Assembly: GCA_965248195.1 (NCBI GenBank)
Contig: CBDFIQ010000001.1
Span: forward strand, 1,088,001 to 1,152,000
DNA length: 64,000 bases
Origin: Longimicrobiales bacterium
GTDB lineage: Bacteria > Gemmatimonadota > Gemmatimonadetes > Longimicrobiales > Gaopeijiaceae
Direction of reading: 5' to 3'
The position numbers and the translations under genes are program-made. The notes below the pieces were generated by a model that ran no database searches, was not told where the DNA came from, and worked only from the letters and a program-made list of their open reading frames with translations. Below, piece after piece: positions 1 to 8,848 of the stretch (within the stretch, counting starts at the first letter, position 1; each line of letters begins with the position of its first letter).

Positions 1-132
1 CAAAGGTTCCAGCTAAGCACTGCCGATTAGTCGGAGCGGTCACGGGGCATCATGTGACTGGGCTGGCCGGCGACCTAGCCGCACCTCATGTTGAGGTGTG
101 ATCACTTCCCCTCACGTCCTCTGGAGCGACCC

Positions 133-645
133 ATGAAGATCAGCGCTCGATTTCTCGCTTCGATCATCCCCTTCAGCATCGGCATCACCGGGCCCTGGGC
201 TACCACTGAGGCCCAGACGAACTCGGACCTGCTGGGCGGTTGGGTCATCGACAGTTGGACGGCCCCGGGTGGACAGACCGGCCTAGTCCCAGAGAGCGGC
301 CTGTTCCTGTTCACCGAATCGGGACAGTACAGCATGATGTACGTGATCGGTGATGCTCGGGAGGCGCTCGGGGCGAATCCGACGGACGCCGGCATCGCGG
401 CCGCCTACAATCCCTTCGTGGCCAACTCCGGTCGTTATTCGGTCTCAGGGAGTGAGGTCACATACGAGGCCTTCGTAGCGAAGGACCCCGCGTATATGTC
501 CGAGTTCGGTCCGACCGGTGGCGAAGGCAACGCTCAAACGATGACGTTCAACATCGATGACGGCACCCTGACGCTGAGCTTCGGGGAGGGGGGGGCGATG
601 CAAGGAGCGACGGCTACCCTGCGCAGGCCGGGCGGAGGGGCGTAG
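133..645 (+). CDS. secreted lipocalin-like domain protein
   Basis: GGAG before ATG 133; signal peptide; LLGGW, G(Y)SMM and ANSGRY patterns of lipocalin-like beta-barrels. Confidence 0.55.
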   Translation: MKISARFLASIIPFSIGITGPWATTEAQTNSDLLGGWVIDSWTAPGGQTGLVPESGLFLFTESGQYSMMYVIGDAREALGANPTDAGIAAAYNPFVANSGRYSVSGSEVTYEAFVAKDPAYMSEFGPTGGEGNAQTMTFNIDDGTLTLSFGEGGAMQGATATLRRPGGGA

Positions 646-861
646 TGCAAGTCGCGAATGCCCAAGGCCGCGGACCTCCGCGCTGGAGCACGGCGTAGCG
701 GCGCCAGCTCCAGGTATTCGACTACTCAGACATCGTGCGGGGAGAATCGACGATCACGATAGCGGAGCCTCCTCACAGAGACTTGCTCGGCGAAACAGAG
801 CTCATTGACCGAATCCGAGCCGATGTCGAGCAGTCCTCGGTCCGCTCAAGCTAGGAAGACG

Positions 862-1176
862 ATGAAAACAGTGTACCTATCCTTCGCGCTTCTCGGAGCC
901 ATTGTCCCCTACGTTTTCTTCATCGCCCACTTCCAGACCGAAGGCCTCGGGCTCGGAGCGTTTGTGAGCGCTCTCTTTGTCAATGGCGCTGCGGGGGGGT
1001 TCACCTCTGACATACTGATCTCGTCTGTCGTGTTCTGGGTCTGGCTGCTCCGCAGCGGTGCGCGACGGCCCTGGCTATACATCGTTCTCAACCTTGCGAT
1101 CGGGCTTTCCTGCGCCTTTCCCGCCTACTTGTACTCCAGGGAGCGGGAGGCCAGGGCGGCTGGGGCGGCCATCTAA
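862..1176 (+). CDS. DUF2834-like small membrane protein (cassette gene)
   Basis: Hydrophobic ~104 aa with ANGAAGGFTSD-type and IGLSCAFPAYLY motifs; stop codon lies inside the attC inverse core ATCTAAC. Confidence 0.7.
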   Translation: MKTVYLSFALLGAIVPYVFFIAHFQTEGLGLGAFVSALFVNGAAGGFTSDILISSVVFWVWLLRSGARRPWLYIVLNLAIGLSCAFPAYLYSREREARAAGAAI

Positions 1177-1251
1177 CACGAGATTGCTGCTGTCGCGTGT
1201 GACATTAGGCCCGCGCGCTTCGCCTGCGGTCACCATTTTAGCCGCGCAGCA

Positions 1252-1578
1252 TCTATAAGGTGAAGGGAGTCAACAGGGCGTAGCCCTCCCTTACCCGTCC
1301 GGGGTCCCGGAGGGGTGGCTCGGTCCACTGGTCTGTAGCTCAAGGCCTGCGTGATCATCTTCCGTTTTTCATCCTTCAGTACCAACGTCGCGTCCGATCT
1401 TGGGTGAGTCTCCTCTCACGAGGAACTCAGGCATCTATTCAGGTTTCATCCCAGCGCGGGGATGTCCGAAGATCTGCTATGCGAGCGGGGGGCTCAATCA
1501 GAATCTGAGGGTCGTCGTGCGACATGCTGCGCGCGGAGCTCACCCCTGTCGTGGTACGGTCCATCATCGTGTGTCATC
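1252..1578 (-). ncRNA. putative bridge/seek RNA region of IS copy 1 (RNA ends unknown)
   Basis: Target-matching segments at 1499-1505 and 1473-1478; donor-matching segments at 1432-1438 and 1396-1401; each pair flanks a hairpin. Confidence 0.85.
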
Positions 1579-2616
1579 TCAGTTTGATCGAGCCACGGGT
1601 TCATCGTGCCAGACCTCACCCGTACGGAGCATCGCGTGCACAGCACGAGCGAGGCGCCGAGCGGTAGCGACCCGAGCGACCTGCCACCCGAGCCGTTGCC
1701 TGATCAGTTCGTACGACTGTGATAGCCAGCTGTCGGGCGCGTGAGTGACGTGGCTCACGACGGTCCGGACGAAGGTGCCCCTCAGCCAACGGTTGGCCCC
1801 GGCGGGGATCGATCCGTGGCGGATGGGCCGGAGCCCTGACTGTGAGGAGCGAGGGGCTAGACCGGCGTAGCTGACCAGGTGCCCCGGTGTACGAAATCGT
1901 TTGATGGGCAACGTCTCGGTGGCGATGAGCAATGCCCGATAGGAACCGACGCCCGGGATGGTCTCGAGCAGAGCTACAGCGGGGACCTTGCGGCCTACGT
2001 GCTCAACCCTGCGATCAAGCGTTTTGATCATCGGCACGATCTGGTCGATGAGTTCCCACTGCATGTCGATGAACAGACGCCGCTCGGCTCCGAGCAGCGG
2101 CCACGCCACGTCATGCACCCACTGGCGTCCATCCTGGGTGAGCAGACGCCCACGCTCCAGATGAAGCCCGACGTTGTGGATCTGGGCATGGATGCGGTTC
2201 ACCATGCGTGTGCGTTCGCGTACGAGTCGTGCCCGGTTGCGTAGCAGTACCGCCTGCTCCCGCTGCTCGACGCACTTCGGATGGACCTCGGGGATGAGGC
2301 CCGCGAGTCGCATACGCGCCAACAACTCGGCGTCGATGTCGTCACTCTTGTAGTTGGACTCGGCGATGACTCGGAGCCGCTTGGCGTGAGCGAGCACGAA
2401 GTCGATCCCCCGCTCTTGGAGTCGATCGAAGAGCCACGGCCAGGCCGGACTCGTCTCGACGACCACCTCCAGGGGCTGATACTGCTCCAGTAGATCATTG
2501 AGCCGATCCTCTTGCGTGTTCTTGATCCGGATGGGTCCGGCAACGAGCTGACCTGTGTTGCTCACGATGGCGATCACCGAATACGTTGCGTGAGCATCGA
2601 TTCCTGCGACAAACAT
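1579..2616 (-). CDS. IS110-family DEDD recombinase/transposase
   Basis: GIDAH, VVVET and KSDDIDA RuvC-like acidic residues; IPGVG; SYAGLAP..SQSG serine motif. Confidence 0.95.
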   Translation of the reverse strand: MFVAGIDAHATYSVIAIVSNTGQLVAGPIRIKNTQEDRLNDLLEQYQPLEVVVETSPAWPWLFDRLQERGIDFVLAHAKRLRVIAESNYKSDDIDAELLARMRLAGLIPEVHPKCVEQREQAVLLRNRARLVRERTRMVNRIHAQIHNVGLHLERGRLLTQDGRQWVHDVAWPLLGAERRLFIDMQWELIDQIVPMIKTLDRRVEHVGRKVPAVALLETIPGVGSYRALLIATETLPIKRFRTPGHLVSYAGLAPRSSQSGLRPIRHGSIPAGANRWLRGTFVRTVVSHVTHAPDSWLSQSYELIRQRLGWQVARVATARRLARAVHAMLRTGEVWHDEPVARSN

Positions 2617-2811
2617 GGCTGGCCTCCTTGGGTTGGGTGCCGCAGGCCTTTGAGCAAGATCAGCGTAACGCCACGCTCGAGTGAGGTCAGCCTTTCGCCT
2701 TATAAGATCAGAATCGCAGAGACGTTATACGGACCTGCGCTGTGGCGCCTCGTCGAGTGACCCAACCCACAAGAATTGGACCGAGAAGAGTCCAATCATG
2801 AGGAGAGAGAA

Positions 2812-3099
2812 GTGAAGAAGTTTGTGCTGCTCCACTACGGATTCGAGAAGCCCACCCCAGAGATCATGAAGGCATGGGGCACCTGGTTCGAGTCAATCGC
2901 CGACAGGACGGTTGATCAAGGTGGTTTCAGCGGCGGGCGAGAGATCTCCGCATCTGGAACAAAGGACCTCCCAATGGGAATGGAGTCCATCACTGGCTAC
3001 AATATTATCGAAGCCGAGAGCCTCGATGAGGCAGAGAAGATCGCTCACGGCAATCCCTATATCGCGAGCATCCGCGTCTACGAGATCAGAGGGATGTAA
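2812..3099 (+). CDS. YCII/YciI-related protein (cassette gene)
   Basis: GAGGAG then GTG; ITGYNIIEAESLDEA..IA..P.....IRVYEI motif. Confidence 0.8.
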   Translation: MKKFVLLHYGFEKPTPEIMKAWGTWFESIADRTVDQGGFSGGREISASGTKDLPMGMESITGYNIIEAESLDEAEKIAHGNPYIASIRVYEIRGM

Positions 3100-3148
3100 C
3101 GTGCCTGACTCACAAGGAGGCATCTGAACTCGTGGGATTCGCGATAGA

Positions 3149-3817
3149 GTGAACGTCGTCTTGTTTGGTGCCACCGGAATGGTCGGGGCCGGGGTCCTGA
3201 TCGAGTGTCTGGACGATTCCAGAGTCGAATCGGTCCTCGCGGTGGGGCGGAGGCCATGCGCTGTCGCGCACCCGAAGGTCCGCGAGCTCATTCGCTCAGA
3301 TCTGTTCGAATACGGGGATGCGACCGACGACTTTCTGAACCTCGACGCTTGCTTCTTCTGTCTCGGGGCCTCCGCCCTGGGCATGAGCGAGGCGGCCTAC
3401 CGAAGGGTGACCTACGACCTGACAGTCGCTGCCGCTGAGTCGCTCCTCGAAGTGAATCCTGGACTTACGTTCTGCTACGTCTCAGGAGAAGGGACCGACA
3501 GCAGCGAACGGGGGCGCCTCATGTGGGCACGGGTCAAGGGCAAGACGGAGAATCAGCTTCTAGGAATGCCGTTCAAGGCCTACATGTTTCGGCCAGGGTA
3601 CATTCAGCCGCTGCGAGGTGTGCACCACAGGACGCGTGTGTACCGGGTGCTCCACACCGTGCTCAGGCCTTTCTACCCTCTGCTTGAACGGCTGCTGCCG
3701 GCGCACGTGACGACGACTGTCAATGTCGGTCGGGCCATGATCGAAGTGGCGGCGCGGGGACACACGAATCTCGTGCTGGAGAACTCTGACATCAACTCTC
3801 TGGCGGTCGCTGTCTAA
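3149..3817 (+). CDS. NAD(P)-binding epimerase-like protein (cassette gene)
   Basis: GATGMVG Rossmann motif, DACFFCLG, WARVKGKTEN; stop codon within attC R''. Confidence 0.85.
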   Translation: MNVVLFGATGMVGAGVLIECLDDSRVESVLAVGRRPCAVAHPKVRELIRSDLFEYGDATDDFLNLDACFFCLGASALGMSEAAYRRVTYDLTVAAAESLLEVNPGLTFCYVSGEGTDSSERGRLMWARVKGKTENQLLGMPFKAYMFRPGYIQPLRGVHHRTRVYRVLHTVLRPFYPLLERLLPAHVTTTVNVGRAMIEVAARGHTNLVLENSDINSLAVAV

Positions 3818-3912
3818 CAAGCGATTGCTACTGTCGTGTGTGACATCAGGCTCGCGCGCTTCGCTCGCGGTCGGCACATTGGACGCGCAGTAGAATGGCA
3901 GATCCGTTAGGC
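3812..3912 (+). other. attC: attC site, uninterrupted
   Basis: GTCTAAC...GTTAGGC with paired inner arms ATT[G]CTACTG / CAGTAGAAT and one extra base. Confidence 0.9.
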
Positions 3913-4030
3913 AGCAAGACTCCGGGCCGGAGTGCGGAGACCTCAGGGAGGACGAACTCGTGAGCCAAGCACTTCCAGCGGTACCCAAGACGGAACCTGT
4001 CAACGACAATGGGACACTCTACGGGATTAA

Positions 4031-5038
4031 TTAGAGAGCAATATCCTGTGTGGTGAGGGAAGGGATGGGAGGATTGATGTAGACGGCCTCCGGGAGCGGT
4101 TTGGGCTTCGGCACACCTGTGACGAAGCGTTCGGGATGAGCGGCCCATGCTTCGCGGAGCACGGATTTCCTGCCGGCAATGACCTGATCGGCGTTCCCGA
4201 AGTGGACCTGCTCGGGGGTTAGCATCGAGATACCGCCATGGCGGTGCTCGGCATTGTACCAGCGGAAGAACGATCGACACAACGTCTTGGCCTGGCCCTG
4301 ATCCCCGAACCGCCCGGGAAACGAGGGATGGTACTTCAAGGTTTTGAACTGAGCCTCGGAAAACGGGTTGTCATCCGACACCTGAGGCCGGCTCAACGAG
4401 CGAGTCACGCCGAGGTCAGCGAGAAGTTGAGCGGTGCATTGGCTCGTCATTGGAGCTCCCCGATCCGAGTGCAGGGTCAGGACCCGGGGCTGGACGCCAT
4501 GCTTCAGGCAGCTCTGCTGGATCAACCGGCCGGCCAGGGCCGAGTTCTCCCGGTCCGCCACCATCCAGCCCACGACGTAGCGGCTGTAGATGTCCATGAT
4601 GACGTAGAGGTAGTAATAGCTCCACTTCTTCGGCCCGAGTAGCCGCGTGATATCCCAGGACCACACCTGGTTCGGCGCCGTGGCCATCAACTCGGGCTTC
4701 TTGTACTCGGGATGGGTGCGCTGCGCCCGGCGTTCCTGAACCGGCACCTCGGAGGCCAGAACACGATACATCGTGCGTTCGCTGCACAGGTAGACCTCTT
4801 CGTCGAGCAGCGTGGCCACCACCTCGGCGGGTGAGCGGTCCACGAACCGCTCCGAACACAGCGTGTCGAAGACCTCGCCTCGTTCCGTCTCGCTCAATGC
4901 CCGGGCGGGCGTCGGGCGGGGCTGCCGTTGCCCGGTCGATGGGCCTCGACGACGGTAGAACGTCGATCGGGAGACCTCGAGAGCCGCGCACGCCGGTTTT
5001 ACACCGACGTGCTTAGCCAGCTCATCGGCCGCCTTCAA
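4031..5038 (-). CDS. IS3-family transposase OrfB (DDE)
   Basis: WSWDIT, LHSDRG, DNPFSEAQFKTLK. Confidence 0.93.
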   Translation of the reverse strand: MKAADELAKHVGVKPACAALEVSRSTFYRRRGPSTGQRQPRPTPARALSETERGEVFDTLCSERFVDRSPAEVVATLLDEEVYLCSERTMYRVLASEVPVQERRAQRTHPEYKKPELMATAPNQVWSWDITRLLGPKKWSYYYLYVIMDIYSRYVVGWMVADRENSALAGRLIQQSCLKHGVQPRVLTLHSDRGAPMTSQCTAQLLADLGVTRSLSRPQVSDDNPFSEAQFKTLKYHPSFPGRFGDQGQAKTLCRSFFRWYNAEHRHGGISMLTPEQVHFGNADQVIAGRKSVLREAWAAHPERFVTGVPKPKPLPEAVYINPPIPSLTTQDIAL

Positions 5039-5484
5039 GAGTTCGTCCCGTCGTCGAGGCTTATCCCCAGCAGCCCCGCAACTTTTCCCTGCACGTCGAT
5101 GATCAGGTGTGCCTTCCTGAGCTCATTCTCGAGCCGTGCGTTTTGCCGCTCCAGCTTGCGTACCTTCTCATCCAGCGGATTCCGCTCCGGCTTGCGGCCG
5201 CGTTTCTTCGACAGGGCCTTCAGCGACCCGCTATGCGCCGCCTTGCGCCACGTCGTCAGGTGCGACGAGTACAGGCCCTCGCGCCGCAGGAGCTGACCCA
5301 CCTCGCCGGGCTCGGTGCACCGGTCCGCTTCTTCGACGATCCGCAGCTTGTACGATGGACTGAACCGCCGGCGTAGCGGCCTATCTACTACCTCCGGGTC
5401 CGCAGGAGCTGCCGCGCTTCGCTTGGCCTCCCCGATTCCAGGGGCACTACCATTCTCTTCCATTCTCTCTCGCAGTCCCAACAT
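5035..5484 (-). CDS. IS3-family transposase OrfA (HTH)
   Basis: RRRFSPSYKLRI..LLRREGLYSSHL..WR followed by a coiled coil; 4-nt overlap with orfB. Confidence 0.9.
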   Translation of the reverse strand: MLGLRERMEENGSAPGIGEAKRSAAAPADPEVVDRPLRRRFSPSYKLRIVEEADRCTEPGEVGQLLRREGLYSSHLTTWRKAAHSGSLKALSKKRGRKPERNPLDEKVRKLERQNARLENELRKAHLIIDVQGKVAGLLGISLDDGTNS

Positions 5485-5557
5485 GTTCGTTTTCTCTGCC
5501 TTCGCCCTACTCTAATTCTTTGCGTGCTCCGTGTCTCACGTACGTTGGCAGAGAGGG

Positions 5558-5768
5558 AGACGGCACGGTCCCTATCCAGCCCGGTCACCCGATACCCCGC
5601 CCTCGCCAGGCGTACTGCGTGCCGACCGGCACCGCAGCATAAGTCCAAGACCCGTGGAAACCGCGACACAGGAAGCCAACGCACCAGGAAGGCGGCCTCT
5701 GCGTCAGAATGGCTCTTCGGAACCGACCGGAGAAAGGTTTCGAACCAGGTGCTGGAATAATCATTCAT
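5558..5768 (-). pseudogene. class I SAM methyltransferase N-terminal fragment, interrupted by IS3, antisense to the array
   Basis: RVLDLCCGAGRH and VTGLD motifs, then the IS end; no convincing C-terminal half on the other side. Confidence 0.7.
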
Positions 5769-5815
5769 TCGGGGAGTAGTGCGGTGGAGACGGTGGGTTG
5801 GGCAACCCCCCCGCG

Positions 5816-5915
5816 GCCTAAGACGTGCTCGGTACTGTCGCGATAGTGGGGGGGTCGCGCGCTTCGCTTGCGGAACCCATGTTAGGCGCGTAACAGAAGC
5901 ACAGAGACGTTAGGC
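5816..5915 (+). other. attC: attC site, degenerate
   Basis: R'' GCCTAAG (AAC to AAG); TACTGTCGCG arm; CAGAGACGTTAGGC end shared with the other sites. Confidence 0.75.
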
Positions 5916-5938
5916 GGCTCAAAAGGAGGTGCGGCATC

Positions 5939-7342
5939 GTGAGAACATCGATCGCGCTCACCCTCGTATGCGGGGTGCTCGCATCCGCGTGTGGCGCGGG
6001 GGATTACGACGTCGTCATCCAAGGCGGCCGGGTGATGGATCCGGAATCGGGTCTGGATGCCGTCATGAACGTCGGCGTCCGCGACGGCCGCATCGAGGCA
6101 GTGACCGAAGACGCGATAGTCGGCACACGCACGATCGACGCGAGCGGTCTTGTCGTCACAGCTGGGTTCATTGACCTGCACGAGCACGCTCAGAACGAAG
6201 AGGCGTATGCCTTGATGGTGGCGGACGGCGTGACGAGCGCGTTCGAGCTCGAGCTTGGGACGGGCGACGTCGCCGCGTGGTACGCCGAGCGGGAGGGCGG
6301 GCAGATCGTCAACTACGGTGTCAGCATCGGCCACATACCCGTCCGTATGGTCGTAATGGACGATCCCGGTGAGCTCTTCCCGAGTGGTCCGGGCGGCTAC
6401 GGAACCGCGAGCGACGCGCAGGTAGCCGAGATGGCGCGCCGCATAGAGGAGGGCCTGGCGCAGGGAGCCGTGGCTGTGGGGTTCGGCACGGCCTACACGC
6501 CGGCAGCTACGATGGCGGAGATCGAAACGATGTTCCGGGTTGCGGCCGAGCATGATGCGTCGGCGCATATTCACGTACGGGGTGGGTCCAGCGGTTTGGC
6601 GGAAACGATAGAGACGGCTGTGCGGGCGAACGTCCCACTTCACATCGTGCACGCCAACTCGAGTGGGGGGGGGCAAATAACCGAGTTTCTCCAACTCATC
6701 GAGCGTGCGCAAGCCGACGGCAAAGACGTCACGACCGAGGCATACCCGTACGGAGCGGGCATGACGGTCATCGAGTCCGCCCTGTTCGACGATTGGGAAA
6801 CGTGGACCGACGACCGGTTCAACAACTACCAGTGGGTGGAGACGGGAGAGCGCCTCACTCGTGAGACCTTCGGTGAGTATCGGGCTGGCGGAGGCACGGT
6901 CATCATTCACGGCCGTACCGAGGACAACGCGCTCGCCGCCATTAGCAGCCCGTTCACGATGATCGCCAGCGACGGCTTCATGGTGAACGGCCGAGGGCAC
7001 CCCCGCACGTCGGGATCCTACTCAAAAGTGTTGGGGCGCTACGTGCGCGAGCAAGGAGTGCTCAACCTGATGGACGCTTTACGCCGTATGTCTCTCGAGC
7101 CAGCGCGCCGGTTGGAGGACCGTGTGCCTTCCATGCGCCAAAAAGGCCGTGTGCGTGTCGGGGCCGACGCAGACATCACCATATTCGATTCCAGGACTGT
7201 GATCGACCGATCGACTTACGTGGACGCGACGATTACTTCCCAGGGCATCGAGTACGTGTTGGTGAACGGCGTACCGGTGGTCAGCGGCGGCGAGTTGGTG
7301 GAAGGCCTGAGATCAGGCCAACCGGTTAGGGCGGATCGCTAG
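5939..7342 (+). CDS. N-acyl-D-amino-acid deacylase-like amidohydrolase, lipoprotein (cassette gene)
   Basis: GGAGG RBS just after R'; lipobox ASAC; GFIDLHEH, IASDG, HPR, GADADITIFD. Confidence 0.85.
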   Translation: MRTSIALTLVCGVLASACGAGDYDVVIQGGRVMDPESGLDAVMNVGVRDGRIEAVTEDAIVGTRTIDASGLVVTAGFIDLHEHAQNEEAYALMVADGVTSAFELELGTGDVAAWYAEREGGQIVNYGVSIGHIPVRMVVMDDPGELFPSGPGGYGTASDAQVAEMARRIEEGLAQGAVAVGFGTAYTPAATMAEIETMFRVAAEHDASAHIHVRGGSSGLAETIETAVRANVPLHIVHANSSGGGQITEFLQLIERAQADGKDVTTEAYPYGAGMTVIESALFDDWETWTDDRFNNYQWVETGERLTRETFGEYRAGGGTVIIHGRTEDNALAAISSPFTMIASDGFMVNGRGHPRTSGSYSKVLGRYVREQGVLNLMDALRRMSLEPARRLEDRVPSMRQKGRVRVGADADITIFDSRTVIDRSTYVDATITSQGIEYVLVNGVPVVSGGELVEGLRSGQPVRADR

Positions 7343-7374
7343 GGACTGGCTCACTTTCCCGCTACGCACGACAC

Positions 7375-7484
7375 GACCAACACCGGTTCGAATCGCTACC
7401 GAGAGATTCTGGTGGAGTTGAAATGAATCGTCTTGGACAGACAGAGATGGCTGACAGCACAGCGGAATCGCAGAGACGTTAGAC
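7375..7484 (+). other. attC: partial/degenerate attC
   Basis: Right half CAGCGGAATCGCAGAGACGTTAGAC is clear; left half uncertain (GACCAAC at 7375). Confidence 0.55.
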
Positions 7485-7500
7485 GGCGCAACTTGCGGAT

Positions 7501-8223
7501 ATGGCGAAACCCTTCCTGACAGCTCGATGGGAGAGTCTGGTTCTCCTGAACTTCGAATGCCCAAGGGAGATCCTCGAGCCTCTCGTGCCGAGGGGCACCG
7601 AGCTCGACCCTTGGCGTGACGTCGACCTCATCAGTCTCGTCGGCTTCCGCTTCGTCGACACCAGAGTCAGGGGGGTCCCGATTCCGTGTCACCGCACCTT
7701 CGAAGAGGTCAACCTCCGATTCTACGTCCGTCGTCGAAATACCGACGGGTCGTTCCGCCGAGCGGTGGTCTTCATCAAGGAGCTCGTTCCTCGCCGCACG
7801 ATTGCGGCGCTCGCTCGGCTCATCTACAACGAACCCTACAGCATGGTTGCAATGGCACACGACGTCTCCCTAGACAAGAATTCTGGCGGACGCGTTGCAT
7901 ATTCCTGGGTGCACGGCGGACTTGCGTATGGTCTCCAGGCCAGGGTCGCTGGAGCGGCAACACCTCTCGTCCCCGGCTCCGAGGCAGAATTCATCACAGA
8001 ACACTATTGGGGCTATACCAAGCAGCGCGGCGGCGGCACCTCGGAATACCGCGTGGATCATCCAAGTTGGCTTGTTTGGGATGCCCTGGAGTCGAGTTAC
8101 GAGAGTCCCCCGACCGAGACCCTTTACGGCCCGAAGTTCAGCGAGGTTCTTGGAGCGGAGCCCAAGTCGGCCTTCGTTGCGGTGGGAAGCGAAGTGAGTA
8201 TGTTTTCCTCGGTCACGGTGTGA
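7501..8223 (+). CDS. DUF2071/YqjF-family protein (cassette gene)
   Basis: FLTARW, FEEVNLRFYV, AEFITEHYWGY; the stop TGA is supplied by the IS481 end and no attC follows. Confidence 0.85.
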   Translation: MAKPFLTARWESLVLLNFECPREILEPLVPRGTELDPWRDVDLISLVGFRFVDTRVRGVPIPCHRTFEEVNLRFYVRRRNTDGSFRRAVVFIKELVPRRTIAALARLIYNEPYSMVAMAHDVSLDKNSGGRVAYSWVHGGLAYGLQARVAGAATPLVPGSEAEFITEHYWGYTKQRGGGTSEYRVDHPSWLVWDALESSYESPPTETLYGPKFSEVLGAEPKSAFVAVGSEVSMFSSVTV

Positions 8224-8848
8224 GCCCGAACCCTGATGGGTAACAAAAACTGAACCTTGATGGGTTACAGTTTTGGGTTACGAGAAGAGGAGCCATTGTG
8301 GTCGAGGATGGCACCTTTTCTTATGTGCAGCCAGCCGAGCGAGACGGGGCCAAAGTAGACGGCCCAGATGTCGTGGTCGATCTCTTCGAGACCGATGTAG
8401 TCTCCACCGAGCAGGTGAGAGACGTTGATCCAGACGGAGTGCCATCGGATACCTCCGTTTGTTGAGACTTTGCGGACTTCGAAGTGAGCAGGGTAGTCGG
8501 GTGTGCTCAGCTTCGTCGGGAACGAGCGGGTGGAGGGTTGATATGCGGAAGCAGGCGGCTTCTGGCCTAGGGCTTCGTGAGGACGGATCTGGTTGAAGTC
8601 GGTGCGGAAGAAGTTGAAGCGCTTCTGCTGGGCGGAACGGTTTCCGGCAGGCGGGATGGTGGCCTCGGCCTTGAGGTCTTTGTGCATGCGTTCGTGACGG
8701 CCGTTCTGTTGGGGTGAGGCGGGCTCGATGAGGTCGGGCAGGATACCGAGCTTGATCCACCAGACGGAGAGTCGGGAGAGGCGGCCGAGAGCAATGGAAG
8801 CGAAGGGTGTCCCGTTGTCGGTGCGGATGCGCTGGGGCAGGCCGAACT
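8221..8848 (-). mobile_element. IS481-family 3' remnant A
   Basis: FGLPQRIRTDNGTPF...QQNGRHERMHKDLK integrase core; terminal repeated TA(A)CCCATCA motifs; cut by IS256. Confidence 0.8.

Larger units (their letters stand above)
1252..2710 (-). mobile_element. IS110-family (IS1111-type) element, copy 1, intact, 1459 bp
   Basis: Subterminal IRs TATAAGG(T/C)GAA(G/A)GG; CA/TG core at both junctions (1250-1251, 2709-2710); long non-coding region 3' of the transposase. Confidence 0.93.
1171..2730 (+). other. attC: attC site split by IS110/IS1111 copy 1
   Basis: R'' ATCTAAC 1171-1177 and R' GTTATAC 2724-2730; removing 1252-2710 restores a ~100 bp site resembling 3812-3912. Confidence 0.9.
3991..5557 (-). 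mobile_element. IS3-family element, copy 1, 1567 bp
   Basis: orfA/orfB; imperfect IRs TG(T/C)CAACG..GACAC; flanked by AGA/AGA; matches 21578-23144. Confidence 0.92.

Noticed and set aside
1..96. attC at the window start (CAGCTAAG...CTAGCCG...GTTGAGG)
   Set aside because: R'' is off-window, R' is not GTTRRRY, and it is unlike the local attC family; cannot be supported.
646..860. attC or attI before the DUF2834 gene
   Set aside because: CACAGAGAC resembles the attC end, but there is no GTT core or paired arm.
1400..1744. 114-aa ORF over the IS110 end (also 13986-14330)
   Set aside because: Antisense shadow ORF, repeated only because the IS is repeated; the region is better explained as structured RNA.
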